A stretch of 64,000 nt of DNA, taken from Candidatus Microgenomates bacterium. Its GTDB lineage: Bacteria > Patescibacteriota > Microgenomatia > UBA8517. The stretch is from positions 67,479 through 131,478 of the forward strand of contig JBEKQV010000002.1 of NCBI GenBank assembly GCA_049519355.1, given 5' to 3'. The number at the start of each line of letters is the position of its first letter. Position 1 is the stretch's first letter. Below are positions 47,097 to 57,145 of the stretch, one piece after another. A program made the translations under genes and the position numbers. The notes below the pieces were generated by a model, which was given only the letters and a program-made list of their open reading frames with translations, was not told where the DNA came from and ran no database searches.

Positions 47097-47633
47097 TTGA
47101 AATTTGATCTTAAAAAGTTCCTCAAACAGTTAAAGCTAAATGAAGAAAGTATCAGCATGGTACTCGGAGCGATTGTTATCGTTATTGTGGGAATTCTAAT
47201 TGTTAATTATTTTAAAGATAAAGGAACGGGGGTAATTCCGGCAACTTCTTCCCAGACAAGCACGAGAGAGCATGTCGTAGTAAAAGGAGACACCCTTTGG
47301 TCTATTGCAGAAGACTCTTTTGGATCCGGATACAACTGGGTAGATATAAAAAGTGCAAACAATCTTAAAACAGAAACTATCGAGGTAGGGCAAAAATTAA
47401 TAATTCCGGATGTTGCTCCGAAACAGCCTACTTCAACAAAGACGGTGTCAACCATTATATCGGTTCAACCGATTACCAGTAGTAGTTACACTGTCGTAAA
47501 AGGTGACAATCTTTGGAAAATTGCGGTTAGAGCATATGGTGACGGTTATAAATGGGTCGAAATCGCCAAAACAAATAATCTCAAAAATCCCAATCTGATT
47601 TTCTCAGGGAACGTGCTGGTCTTGCCGCGCTGA
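47097..47633 (+). CDS. Membrane-anchored tandem-LysM peptidoglycan-binding protein
   Basis: 178 aa. N-terminal TM and two LysM repeats (HVVVKGDTLWSIAEDSFGSGYNWVDI... and YTVVKGDNLWKIAVRAYGDGYKWVEI...). Confidence 0.8.
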   Translation: MKFDLKKFLKQLKLNEESISMVLGAIVIVIVGILIVNYFKDKGTGVIPATSSQTSTREHVVVKGDTLWSIAEDSFGSGYNWVDIKSANNLKTETIEVGQKLIIPDVAPKQPTSTKTVSTIISVQPITSSSYTVVKGDNLWKIAVRAYGDGYKWVEIAKTNNLKNPNLIFSGNVLVLPR

Positions 47634-47664
47634 ATGATATAATGTACCCGTACGTATTTGATAT

Positions 47665-47735
47665 GCGGGTATAGTTCACCGGTAGAATGCGTCCTTCCCA
47701 AGGACGAGAAGTGGGTTCGATTCCCATTACCCGCT
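47665..47735 (+). tRNA. tRNA-Gly (anticodon CCC), 71 nt, CCA not encoded
   Basis: Hand-folded: acceptor GCGGGTA/TACCCGC, anticodon stem CGTCC/GGACG with loop TTCCCAA, T-loop TTCGATT, discriminator T followed by CAC. Confidence 0.85.
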
Positions 47736-48019
47736 CACGATGGCTCTTTCTTGAAAAGTCTTCTAAGCTCAGCTTTTGCTTCATCCAAAATTTTTAACCG
47801 CCTTGGTGGCAAGTTCTTCCCCGCACGGTTAATATAAAAATTCAACATACTCATAGCTGATTGAAACGGAGCGGCTTTACGTCGTACCGAGTTTTCGGCC
47901 GATTCCTTGAGCGATCTTGCAATCTCTTTCGGATTACTCCAGGTGAATACCCCTTCTTCAAGATCCAAGGCAAAACTATTTTTTGTAACTTTATCCGACC
48001 ATTTCTCTTTTTTTAACAT
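47735..48019 (-). CDS. Small conserved hypothetical protein (DUF3175-like)
   Basis: 94 aa. WSNPKEIARSLKESAENSVRRKAAPFQSAMSMLNFYINRAGKNL resembles the DUF3175 pattern as I recall it. Family recall is uncertain. Confidence 0.45.
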   Translation of the reverse strand: MLKKEKWSDKVTKNSFALDLEEGVFTWSNPKEIARSLKESAENSVRRKAAPFQSAMSMLNFYINRAGKNLPPRRLKILDEAKAELRRLFKKEPS

Positions 48020-48043
48020 TGTCTTAAAGTTATATACTTAATT

Positions 48044-48181
48044 ATGATTGTAAAACGTAAAAATGGTTATTACGTGATATCTAAGCTTTCGCATAAACAT
48101 TTAGGTGGTCCTTATAAAAAACGTGAGGACGCGCTTAAACGTTTGCGGCAGGTGGAATACTTCAAGCGCATTGGAAAATAA
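48044..48181 (+). CDS. Possible small basic protein (45 aa)
   Basis: Hand-translated: MIVKRKNGYYVISKLSHKHLGGPYKKREDALKRLRQVEYFKRIGK. No clear SD. It lies in an otherwise empty 200-nt gap. Confidence 0.2.
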   Translation: MIVKRKNGYYVISKLSHKHLGGPYKKREDALKRLRQVEYFKRIGK

Positions 48182-48220
48182 ATTGCCACCTTATGTTACT
48201 ATTATGTTACCATTATTCTC

Positions 48221-48940
48221 ATGGAACTAAAACTTATTGAAAAAAGAGATGAAACTAAAGGAACTAAATCATTTTTCTGGCAACCCGAAAAGCCCGTTAA
48301 CTGGTTTGCAGGACAGTACTACTATTTTACAATCCCTGTAATGAAATATCCTGACCCGAGGGGAAACACAAGACATTTTACAATCTCCGCCTCGCCCACC
48401 GAAGGAAACATTCTGAGACTTACCACAAGGATACGTGAAGAATCAGGTTATAAAAAGACATTAGATGAGCTCACAATCGGATCCGAGATTGAAGGGGAAG
48501 GCCCAAACGGCACTTTTATTCTCGATGAAACTTCCGATAAATCAAATATTTTTATCGCAGGAGGAATCGGAATAACTCCTTTCAGAAGCATTATCAAGTA
48601 TGTTGTTGATAAAAACTTAACGACCCCAATTCATCTCATTTACTCCAACTCAGTTCCCGAAGAAATCACTTTCAGAAAAGAACTTGAAGATTGGTCAAAG
48701 ACACATCTCAATATCAAGGTAGATATTACAATCAGTCATCCGGAAGAGTCCAAAGAACCATGGACCGGATTAACCGGAAGGATTGATGAAAACTTAATAA
48801 ATAAACTTGTTCATGATACCGAAAATCCTATATTTTGGGTTTGCGGGCCACCCGCGATGACCGATGCAATCGAACAAGTTCTTGGTAAAATAAAGATCAC
48901 TTCAGACAGGATCCGTTCAGAAAAATTCACCGGCTACTAG
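48221..48940 (+). CDS. Ferredoxin-NADP reductase-type FAD/NAD(P)-binding oxidoreductase
   Basis: 239 aa. RxFTISASP-like FAD motif (RHFTISASP) and an NAD-binding GGIGITP. Confidence 0.7.
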   Translation: MELKLIEKRDETKGTKSFFWQPEKPVNWFAGQYYYFTIPVMKYPDPRGNTRHFTISASPTEGNILRLTTRIREESGYKKTLDELTIGSEIEGEGPNGTFILDETSDKSNIFIAGGIGITPFRSIIKYVVDKNLTTPIHLIYSNSVPEEITFRKELEDWSKTHLNIKVDITISHPEESKEPWTGLTGRIDENLINKLVHDTENPIFWVCGPPAMTDAIEQVLGKIKITSDRIRSEKFTGY

Positions 48941-50154
48941 AGTGTAAATCTGCCGTTTTTATAAATAACAATTTCCGTTCCGTCGGATAATTTAGCGGTA
49001 ACGGTTCTATCTGTGGTAGAAATTATATCCGTATGGACCGGGGAATCGTTATACCCCATCTTTAACCATTCAATTTTTGTAACTCTGGGTATGTCCCCGG
49101 GATACGATTCTTTATAAGCATTACCAAGCGCTAAGTGCGTATTACCGAATCTCCCACCGATATTTTCGTCAAAAAGTGTTTCGCCCATAAAATGACTTAT
49201 ATTTGAAAACCGGTTGTCGGTTAATGAAAATTCCCCAACCATATCTGCACCTTTTGTAGCAATCATTTGTCCTAAAAGCTCTTTTCCGGCTGAAGCTTCA
49301 AAGTTCACAACTCTGCCTTCCTTAAACTCAAGTTTTATGTCTCGAGTAACATTTCCGTATCTATACAATGGTTCGCTAAAAGATATTAACCCTTCTGTCT
49401 TTGTTCTATCGGGACTAATGAATATTTCGAAACTGGGAATATTCCTGCCGTCTCCCCCCAACCAGGTCCTATTTTTATCAATTCCGATAACCAAATCCGT
49501 CTCGGGCGCTGTGATGTGAAGATTTCTTATATCAAGACTGTTTAATTTTCCTCGCAGTCTTTTAATTTCTCCAAATGTTTCTTTCCATTTTATAATCGGA
49601 TCGGAACTGTCCAAATAACATCCTTTAATAATTTGCCCCCAATAATCTTCGAGATCCATCCCGACGTCTTTTGCCAAAGCCGGGGTTCCATATAGACCTA
49701 TTGTCCAAGTTAATTTCCCCCGATTTTCTTTTTCATCCCGCCATTCGTAATACAAATTCTGCGCAACCCCCCTTTTCATTATCTTCCCGGGATCCACACC
49801 CTTAAGCTCATACTTGTCAGTATCCGCAATTATCATTACAACATGATCCATCTGGTCAATTTCACCGCGGATATACTTTTTCGGGAAAAAATTTATTTGG
49901 TCATCACTTGCCCACTCATAGAATTCTTTTGAATAACCGTCGGGTATAAATTCAGTGATCGGAAACGCTCCGGCCTGAAGGACAACTCGTCTTAAAGAAA
50001 AAAGAAGAGGCTTGGCGGCCTCGGGAACCTGCAAAAAAACAACTTCGCCTTTTTTAACACCATATCCACCACCAAGAGCAAAATTAATTAAAACCTGAGC
50101 ATATTTATCCAGTATTTTTCTATCAGGAATATACACGTACTTATTATATCGCAC
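48937..50154 (-). CDS. Aminopeptidase, M29 family (AmpS/PepS-like)
   Basis: 405 aa. The N-terminal LDKYAQVLINFALGGGYGVKKGEVVFLQ pattern and length match thermophilic M29 aminopeptidases. Confidence 0.75.
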   Translation of the reverse strand: MRYNKYVYIPDRKILDKYAQVLINFALGGGYGVKKGEVVFLQVPEAAKPLLFSLRRVVLQAGAFPITEFIPDGYSKEFYEWASDDQINFFPKKYIRGEIDQMDHVVMIIADTDKYELKGVDPGKIMKRGVAQNLYYEWRDEKENRGKLTWTIGLYGTPALAKDVGMDLEDYWGQIIKGCYLDSSDPIIKWKETFGEIKRLRGKLNSLDIRNLHITAPETDLVIGIDKNRTWLGGDGRNIPSFEIFISPDRTKTEGLISFSEPLYRYGNVTRDIKLEFKEGRVVNFEASAGKELLGQMIATKGADMVGEFSLTDNRFSNISHFMGETLFDENIGGRFGNTHLALGNAYKESYPGDIPRVTKIEWLKMGYNDSPVHTDIISTTDRTVTAKLSDGTEIVIYKNGRFTL

Positions 50155-50184
50155 TCAGTCTCAGGTGGTATAATTACGTTTGTC

Positions 50185-50260
50185 GCCGAGGTAGCTCAGT
50201 TGGTAGAGCGGCGGTATCGTAAACCGCAGGTCGTGGGTTCGATCCCCACTCTCGGCTCCA
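50185..50260 (+). tRNA. tRNA-Thr (anticodon CGT), CCA encoded
   Basis: Hand-folded: acceptor GCCGAGG/TCTCGGC (one G-U pair), anticodon stem GCGGT/ACCGC with loop ATCGTAA, T-loop TTCGATC. Confidence 0.9.
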
Positions 50261-50266
50261 ATAAAA

Positions 50267-50983
50267 ATGAGACGTCAATATTCCAGACTCGTAGGGGTGG
50301 AGGAAAAAAGAAACACCAGAAGTGCCATATTTTTTATTGTTTTAACTGTGGCATTTCTATCCCTGATTTATTTTGCCGGAATTCCATTAATAGGCAAGTT
50401 TACAGTCTTTGTTTCAAGCCTGCGCGGCGGGTCTAAAGCTATCCAGCAAACCGACACAACTCCACCGGCCCCTCCAACTTTTAATAACTTCCCCACATTT
50501 ACTAACCAACAAAACGCTTCAGTTTCAGGAACAACTGAACCCGGAGCGACCGTAAAGCTAACCTTAAACGGCACCACACAAGAATCTGTGGCGGATAAAG
50601 ATGGAATATTTTCCTTCAATCTCCAACTCCAAAACGGCGTTAACTCACTCTCCGCAATTTCAGTAGACCAAGCGGGAAATCAAAGTTTGCAAACACAAAA
50701 TTTCCAGATAACTTTCGATAATAAACCTCCGAATCTCACAATAAATTCTCCCTCGGATGGAGCCGGTTTCTTTGGATCCAATCAAATTCAGGTTACAATT
50801 CAGGGCAAAACCGATGCGGGTGCCCAAATCACAATAAACGGCCGTATTGTGTCGGTTGATGATAGCGGTAATTTCCAATACACAACAACCTTAAATAGCG
50901 GAGCCAATCCTTTCGCCGTAATATCCACGGATCAGGCGGGAAACACTACGGAGAAAGACATCACTCTTAACTTCACTCCTTAA
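50267..50983 (+). CDS. Membrane-anchored surface protein with bacterial Ig-like repeats
   Basis: 238 aa. N-terminal TM, then a Thr/Asn/Gln-rich beta-repeat region (two similar about 90-aa repeats: ...TVKLTLNGTT... / ...QITINGRIVS...). Confidence 0.5.
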   Translation: MRRQYSRLVGVEEKRNTRSAIFFIVLTVAFLSLIYFAGIPLIGKFTVFVSSLRGGSKAIQQTDTTPPAPPTFNNFPTFTNQQNASVSGTTEPGATVKLTLNGTTQESVADKDGIFSFNLQLQNGVNSLSAISVDQAGNQSLQTQNFQITFDNKPPNLTINSPSDGAGFFGSNQIQVTIQGKTDAGAQITINGRIVSVDDSGNFQYTTTLNSGANPFAVISTDQAGNTTEKDITLNFTP

Positions 50984-52166
50984 GTGAAACCGCAAGCAGA
51001 ATAACGATATAACCCATTATCCACGGGTAAAAAATGGAATTGGAAAAAAGACTGTGTATAAGAAGCGCCATAAATGAAACAATAAAAATTTTAGATTCTA
51101 CCGACCTGCTAAGGGAACTTCCGATTTTTCTAATCAAATCCAAAAAAATCATAAACCCGACAGCCCCCGTTGTTGTCAGAACAAAAAGCAAGCTTGAATC
51201 TGATCCGGAACAGGAATGTGAGGAAAAGTCTTGAAAACCGATAAATTTTTGGTAGGCGAGGCACATATTGTCATAACCGATCCCAAAAACTGGGGAAGCC
51301 GAAAATATTTTTAAGGTTAATCTATAATCCACTAATCGCGCTATAACGGAAAAACTCCTAAAAAGCTCTATGCTGTGATTTCTGGCTGTAGGAAGAAGAA
51401 GAACAATTACAACAAGACCTAAAATCAATAACAGTAGTTTCTTAAACTTCTTCTCAATATAAATTATTGCCAAAATGGCAACCGCAAAGGCCAGATAGCT
51501 TGCTCTGGAATATGTAAATGCAAGTGAGACAAAAAGGAATGCCGCAATCAAAATGTTTTTCCAGTCCCGCTTATTAATGTACCTATATATGGATATCACA
51601 AGCCCAAACACCAAAATAAGACCTAAAAACGTCGGGTCAAGAAACGTTCCCACAAGCCTAAACAAATGCATGTCCCATCCCCAAACAAAGAAGGGTTTGA
51701 TATCAGGAAAAGTGAAAAACTGAATCCAACCAAAAACAGCCGAAACAACCGAAATTCCCAAAAGACAATCCTTCAGCAAACTTACGTTTACCTTGGACCT
51801 CTTTGCAAAATTCCAGACATAAACCAGGAAATAGAAGTAGGCCGCAAGTCTAATAAAGTAAAAAAATCCGTAGACCAAATCGGCAGACTTAAAGACAAAT
51901 ATGGAAAAAACAAACGCAAATAATGCCGCAAAAAGAAAATTAACTACCGACCTAAAAAAAACAGGTTTTAAAAACCTTTTAATTAACGCATAAACACCTG
52001 CACAACCTACAATAATATCTACCGGCTGAAGAGGAATAGTAAGCCCCACAAGGTAAAAATTTAAACGGATAATTTGTCCAAAAGGGAACGCCACCAAAAA
52101 AAGGAAAAGAAACAAACTTTCCAGCGAAAAAATATTATGCCAGTTTAATTTTTTTGTAATTCCCAT
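50973..52166 (-). CDS. O-antigen ligase (Wzy_C) family membrane protein
   Basis: 397 aa, about 10 TM, with a periplasmic loop and the Wzy_C pattern (…YSRASYLAF…). Confidence 0.6.
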   Translation of the reverse strand: MGITKKLNWHNIFSLESLFLFLFLVAFPFGQIIRLNFYLVGLTIPLQPVDIIVGCAGVYALIKRFLKPVFFRSVVNFLFAALFAFVFSIFVFKSADLVYGFFYFIRLAAYFYFLVYVWNFAKRSKVNVSLLKDCLLGISVVSAVFGWIQFFTFPDIKPFFVWGWDMHLFRLVGTFLDPTFLGLILVFGLVISIYRYINKRDWKNILIAAFLFVSLAFTYSRASYLAFAVAILAIIYIEKKFKKLLLLILGLVVIVLLLPTARNHSIELFRSFSVIARLVDYRLTLKIFSASPVFGIGYDNMCLAYQKFIGFQDFSSHSCSGSDSSLLFVLTTTGAVGFMIFLDLIRKIGSSLSRSVESKIFIVSFMALLIHSLFSNSIFYPWIMGYIVILLAVSLKE

Positions 52167-52726
52167 TGTTTAGCCCACCCTAAAAACGAGTGAAAAGATT
52201 GTAGCATACTAAAAATATATCCACGGCCTTCCAGTATATTTTGAATAAACTTGGCCTTAGGATAAAAAATCATTTTGAAGAGATTTGAACTTTTTCCCTC
52301 TTTAAGATTCTCGGAAGCATGAATTGAGGAGTAATTATTAATTTTTTCAATGTAATTGTGCAAATTGTAAGCAGTGTTATGAATAATATAATTTTTTAAA
52401 GTACCAACCGGACCGTTAATCTTCCAGGTTTCGTGTACTCTCCTCACCCATTTGCCAGACTTTTTCCTGGCTAATCTTAAAACTTTATCCTCTCCGATAA
52501 CCTTACCCAAAAACACAATTTTTCTTTTTATATAAAAACCTTCAAAATTTCCGGGTTCTAGTTTAGCAATTTCTTCCGCCAATTTTTTAGGTAACTTTTC
52601 ATCAGTATCCAAAAACAATATCCATTCGGATTTGGTTTTTGCCAAAAGCCTGTTCCGGGCTAATGCAAAGTCTTTTATGTTCTCCTCCTTTAAAATAATT
52701 ACTTTAAAATTAATCATTTCTTTCAA
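52145..52726 (-). CDS. Glycosyltransferase family 2-like protein (short)
   Basis: 193 aa. WILFLDTDE (a DxD-type motif in GT2 context). Only part of a typical GT2 length. Confidence 0.5.
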   Translation of the reverse strand: MKEMINFKVIILKEENIKDFALARNRLLAKTKSEWILFLDTDEKLPKKLAEEIAKLEPGNFEGFYIKRKIVFLGKVIGEDKVLRLARKKSGKWVRRVHETWKINGPVGTLKNYIIHNTAYNLHNYIEKINNYSSIHASENLKEGKSSNLFKMIFYPKAKFIQNILEGRGYIFSMLQSFHSFLGWAKQWELQKN

Positions 52727-54089
52727 CAGTTACGTCGCCAACGTCATAAATTATGTATTTCTTTTTTGCGGATGGATCGATTTTTCCACCTTTTGTCAGA
52801 ATCAAAAACTGATAATTTTGGTCGTAGTTTTCAGGAAAATAATCATAAGGGCCAAGCCGAATTAAACTGAAAGGAGTGCCGTTTGCATCTTTGACAATAG
52901 CCGATGCCACGCCTTCTTGAATTTTAAGAGGAATATAATCCACGTCATTAACGTGTTCGTTATTTAGACCAAGAATGCTGGCAACAAATATTAAAATAAA
53001 TAGAATAGTCGTTAAAAACTTTACAGACCTTTTTTCCCAGTATTCGCAAACAAAAAAAGAAAATAATAATCCAAAATTCAGAAAAACCGGCAAAAAATAG
53101 TGAATCGGAGGACTGGTATGAATAACGAGTGCGAAAAACTGAACAACTGTAGATGAAATCAGATAAAAAACAAAAAAATCTTTTACAAATTTTTTATAAT
53201 TTTGAAAAACAAAAACGGCAAAAAGTACAATAAAAATTATTGATCCCAATATCCAAAAGCGGTTATCCCAAAACAAATTTCTACCTAAAAATTCGTTGAA
53301 CGCCTGCAATGTGGTCCCGCCGGAAACAACATCGAAGTTGTTTTTCGGATATAAACCTGCAAATCCCGCAAACCTATACGGAATCCAAAGAATAAGGTTT
53401 TTAACCATCGAAAAATTCTGACCGGCATCGTAAATTAAAATCGTAATATTCGGCAAAATCAAACCAATAACAAATTTAAAATAATCGGAAACTTTCAGAA
53501 TTTTTCTTCTAACCCAAAAAACTCCAAAAAATACCAAGAAAAGCGGTATTTGGCTGAAGTGAAAACTGAAAAGCAGTCCAAAAAAAAATCCCAACCAGAA
53601 AACATACTTTTTCTCTTTGTGCCAAATTTTATAAAGTGAATATATTACCAAAGGAATCAAAATAAAGAAAAAAGTATGCAATTTCGATAAGCGCGTAATC
53701 CAGATCCAAAGCGGGGAAAGAGAAACAAAAAATGACAAAATTACGGCAAATTTTTGCCCGGCGATTTTGGAAAAAACAAAATAGGTAATAAATATTCCTA
53801 TCATTGACACCGTTAGCGCCAACCAAAATAAAATAAAGGGCGATTGACCAAATATCCTTACCAACGGAATCAAAATCCAATAATAAACGGGGCCGTACCG
53901 CAGCCACACATGAGAAGTCGGAAGACCAACAAGGGGCAACCCGCCGTTTTGAACATATTGCCTAATATACAGAAATTCTTTTCCGAGTTCCCCAGTAAAA
54001 TAATAATTGCTGCCGATTTTATAAATTCTGAGAAAAGTGCCGGCAGCGATAATCAAAAAAAGAAGTATCAAGTTAAGCTTTTTGGACAT
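52710..54089 (-). CDS. Glycosyltransferase family 39 / ArnT-like membrane protein (dolichyl-phosphate-mannose transferase-like)
   Basis: 459 aa, multi-TM. N-terminal LNLILLFLIIAAGTFLRIYKIGSNYYFTGELGKEF is PMT_2-like. Confidence 0.55.
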   Translation of the reverse strand: MSKKLNLILLFLIIAAGTFLRIYKIGSNYYFTGELGKEFLYIRQYVQNGGLPLVGLPTSHVWLRYGPVYYWILIPLVRIFGQSPFILFWLALTVSMIGIFITYFVFSKIAGQKFAVILSFFVSLSPLWIWITRLSKLHTFFFILIPLVIYSLYKIWHKEKKYVFWLGFFFGLLFSFHFSQIPLFLVFFGVFWVRRKILKVSDYFKFVIGLILPNITILIYDAGQNFSMVKNLILWIPYRFAGFAGLYPKNNFDVVSGGTTLQAFNEFLGRNLFWDNRFWILGSIIFIVLFAVFVFQNYKKFVKDFFVFYLISSTVVQFFALVIHTSPPIHYFLPVFLNFGLLFSFFVCEYWEKRSVKFLTTILFILIFVASILGLNNEHVNDVDYIPLKIQEGVASAIVKDANGTPFSLIRLGPYDYFPENYDQNYQFLILTKGGKIDPSAKKKYIIYDVGDVTVERND

Positions 54090-55311
54090 CTTTGGGTATA
54101 AATATTTTCTGGATATTAACGATAATCACAGGTAAGCTACAAATCACGGCAATTATAGTTGAATAGCCTGCACCAACTATTCCGTACTTCAGCACTAAAG
54201 GATAGATTACCAACCCCATTCCGACAATTCCAAAAAGTTCCGATAACATGACTGTTTTTTGCATCTTGAGAGAAAGAAAAAGAGAGTAAGTAGAATTCAA
54301 AATTGATTTAAGAACTCCAAAAACCGCCAGGACTTTTAAGACGGGTTCAATTGACAGCCACTTGGGACCCAAAAAAACCAGAATGATCGGATGGGCAAAA
54401 CCCAAAATGACAACACCAAAGACGATGGCCAGAAAGAAAATCGCCCCAAAAGCCCGTATAAATGCTTTTTTTAGAATCTTCGCGTCGTCGGAGATCTTCA
54501 CAAACACCGGGAACATCACGACACTGAAAATATCACTAACCCCCGAAACGGGTAAAGTTGAAATGCTATATGACTGTTGATAAAAACCAAGACTGGTTGT
54601 TCCCAAAACTTTTCCTACCGTAACGTTATCAATATTCTGAAAAATGTAGGCAAAAATACCAGCCCCCGTTACCCATTTGCCACTATGAATCACCTTTAGA
54701 AACTTTTCTTTATCAAGATTTAATCGTGGCCTGTCCTTAAAGATTGCAAAACTTAATATCACCTCGACAGTCGCCGCAACTATCATGCTTATTATCATTG
54801 CGCTTTCGGAATGTGTAATAATTCCCAAGCTAATCGCCACCCCCGCATCTATTAAATAAAGAAGCCCTTGGAATAAAAATTGCTTCATAAACTTCAATTC
54901 CTTCTGAAAAGTTACTTCCATCGGGTTTATAAATCCCCTTATGAACGCTACCGCGGCAATCAGATAAAGTAAGGTAATAACTTGAGGTGTATTAAAAAAA
55001 TGAATAACTAGGGGGGCCGATAGAAAAATCAAAAGCGAAACCAAGGTTCCCCTGATAATCGATACTACCCAGGCCGAATTAAGATATTTTTGAATTTCGT
55101 CTTTTTCCTGAATCAAAAAAACATTAATCCCTGTTTCCGTAATAACTTCCAGGAAACCCAGAACCAGGAGGGCAATACCGTAGGAACCAAACTGTGAAGG
55201 AGTCAGAATCCGGGCTAAGACAGCAATTTTAAGAACCGCAACAGCCTTGGTTAGACCCTCAAGAGCGGTCATCCAGGAAATCCCTTTTAACGCATCCTTA
55301 AAGTAGCCCAT
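54073..55311 (-). CDS. Polysaccharide biosynthesis protein / Wzx-type flippase
   Basis: 412 aa, 12 TM. The N-terminal pattern is typical of oligosaccharide flippases. Confidence 0.7.
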   Translation of the reverse strand: MGYFKDALKGISWMTALEGLTKAVAVLKIAVLARILTPSQFGSYGIALLVLGFLEVITETGINVFLIQEKDEIQKYLNSAWVVSIIRGTLVSLLIFLSAPLVIHFFNTPQVITLLYLIAAVAFIRGFINPMEVTFQKELKFMKQFLFQGLLYLIDAGVAISLGIITHSESAMIISMIVAATVEVILSFAIFKDRPRLNLDKEKFLKVIHSGKWVTGAGIFAYIFQNIDNVTVGKVLGTTSLGFYQQSYSISTLPVSGVSDIFSVVMFPVFVKISDDAKILKKAFIRAFGAIFFLAIVFGVVILGFAHPIILVFLGPKWLSIEPVLKVLAVFGVLKSILNSTYSLFLSLKMQKTVMLSELFGIVGMGLVIYPLVLKYGIVGAGYSTIIAVICSLPVIIVNIQKIFIPKDVQKA

Positions 55312-56264
55312 TACAAACTGATTATACCCGATATGAAGCCTGCTATCACTGCAAAGTCAGAAGTTATCTGAAGAACTGGACCCCATAAAGAAACTTTCCA
55401 ATCCCCAAACTCCAAATAAACTTTTCTGTAAGCCCAATAAAAATAAATAAAAATCAAAATTATCAGAACGGGGAGTAGTAGATCATATTCAAAAGATAAA
55501 ATTAAAATTGCAAGCCCAATAACATATCTCACAAGGATAAATAGTGACTTAATATTGTGCGACATAAGACGTTGAGTTGGATGCCACCAAATTCCGTACC
55601 TCGCATCCCACTTTGCATAATCTCTAATCTTTCCAAAAAATCCCTTGAGGGTTTCCGGCATCCCCCACTCTACTTCTGCACTTTTCACGCGTGAATACTT
55701 TAAACCCAATTTCACGGCTTTATAATTAAAGTCCGTATCCTCGGCTGAATTCCCCTTCCCTTCCGGAAATCCCCCGATTTCTTCCCAGGCTTTTTTGGTA
55801 AATGCCATAGATCTGGTCGACGGTAAAAAATTTATTCCGAATTTTCTCGAAGTTACCCCCAAAAATACCGATTCTGCTTTTTGGAGATAAGAATTTCCGG
55901 TCATTTTATAAAATCCGGCTGAAATATCCACTCTACCTGTTGCAAACGGAGCCGTAAGATTCTTCAACCAATCCTTATCGGCAACACACCCGGCATCCGT
56001 TATAGCAATCACATCCCCTTTGGCAATCTCCATTCCGAAATTCCTGCCTTTAGCCCGAGAACACTTTTCTACCAAAAGTTTTATCCGGCTGTCTTTTTGT
56101 TGATAATGACGGATAATCTCGACGGTCCTATCAGTTGAACCACCGTCAACAATAATAATCTGCTCCGCCTTCTTTGATTGATCCATCAAAGAATCCAGAA
56201 GCGGTGCAATCGTACCTTCCTCGTTAAATGTGGTTATACAAATTGAGATATTCATGCTCTCCAA
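55311..56264 (-). CDS. Glycosyltransferase family 2
   Basis: 317 aa. ISICITTFNEEGTI, IIIVDGGSTDRT and a DxD-containing GT-A fold, with C-terminal TM helices. Confidence 0.8.
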   Translation of the reverse strand: MESMNISICITTFNEEGTIAPLLDSLMDQSKKAEQIIIVDGGSTDRTVEIIRHYQQKDSRIKLLVEKCSRAKGRNFGMEIAKGDVIAITDAGCVADKDWLKNLTAPFATGRVDISAGFYKMTGNSYLQKAESVFLGVTSRKFGINFLPSTRSMAFTKKAWEEIGGFPEGKGNSAEDTDFNYKAVKLGLKYSRVKSAEVEWGMPETLKGFFGKIRDYAKWDARYGIWWHPTQRLMSHNIKSLFILVRYVIGLAILILSFEYDLLLPVLIILIFIYFYWAYRKVYLEFGDWKVSLWGPVLQITSDFAVIAGFISGIISL

Positions 56265-57025
56265 GCATATATGTAGCCTATCCGTGTTCCTGTTTTCGAC
56301 ATTTTAGTTTTATAGTTACTCTTTCTTAACACTTTAACGATTTGTTGATGAGATAATACTGACATATCGTCATGATATTCTAACGCAATTCTGTTTATTT
56401 TTTTCCAACCTTTTTTGTTCATTGATTTTATAATTGCACCTTCTCCACCTTCACAATCAATCTTTAAAAAATCAACCCTTTTTATTTTATAGTCACTTAA
56501 TACTCTCGCCAATGTCAAAGACCGGACTATAATGTACTTTTTTAATTCTCTGCCACCTTTGCCAGCAGAAAGCGATCCCTGCGAATCCAGGTCGTTGAGG
56601 TATAATTTATCACTTCCATTCCGGAAGGATACCGCCGCTTCAATAATAATTGGCACTACTGATTTATTCAATCCAAAATTTCTTTTAACGAGCGCAATAT
56701 TCTTTTTCAATGGTTCAATGGCAATAATTCTTTTCGCGCCGAACTTCAAGGCAAACAAACAAAAAACACCTGCGTTCGCACCAATATCGACAACGGTATC
56801 TCCATTTTTAATTCGCATAAAGGGAGGGTTGTAAACCTTTTTGATAAATATCTCATGGACCAAATCGACTATCAAATTCCTCGAACCTCCGACCAAAATC
56901 GTTCCATCTCGCAAATTTACTTTTTGCGTTCGAATTCTAAAAAGTCGGTTAAAAAATATAATATACCAGTCTTTGTAATTTTGGAGAATTTCCAATATAT
57001 AATTCCATTTATTATTCAAATTCAT
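56252..57025 (-). CDS. FkbM-family SAM-dependent methyltransferase
   Basis: 257 aa. VVDIGANAGVFCLFALKFGAKRIIAIEP motif I, in FkbM context. Confidence 0.8.
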   Translation of the reverse strand: MNLNNKWNYILEILQNYKDWYIIFFNRLFRIRTQKVNLRDGTILVGGSRNLIVDLVHEIFIKKVYNPPFMRIKNGDTVVDIGANAGVFCLFALKFGAKRIIAIEPLKKNIALVKRNFGLNKSVVPIIIEAAVSFRNGSDKLYLNDLDSQGSLSAGKGGRELKKYIIVRSLTLARVLSDYKIKRVDFLKIDCEGGEGAIIKSMNKKGWKKINRIALEYHDDMSVLSHQQIVKVLRKSNYKTKMSKTGTRIGYIYAWRA

Positions 57026-57145
57026 AATCGGAGTTTATCATTTGTCTTGAAGTGTTGCATTTTCCTGTCCACCTCCACAACGTAGCCATAGTATAAAAAT
57101 TACGGAGGTTTGACTTCCGAGGAAGGAAGAGTAAGATGATCTTAT

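Noticed and set aside
50200-50436. 78-aa plus-strand ORF
   Set aside because: It begins inside tRNA-Thr and is in an alternative frame of the Ig-like protein gene.
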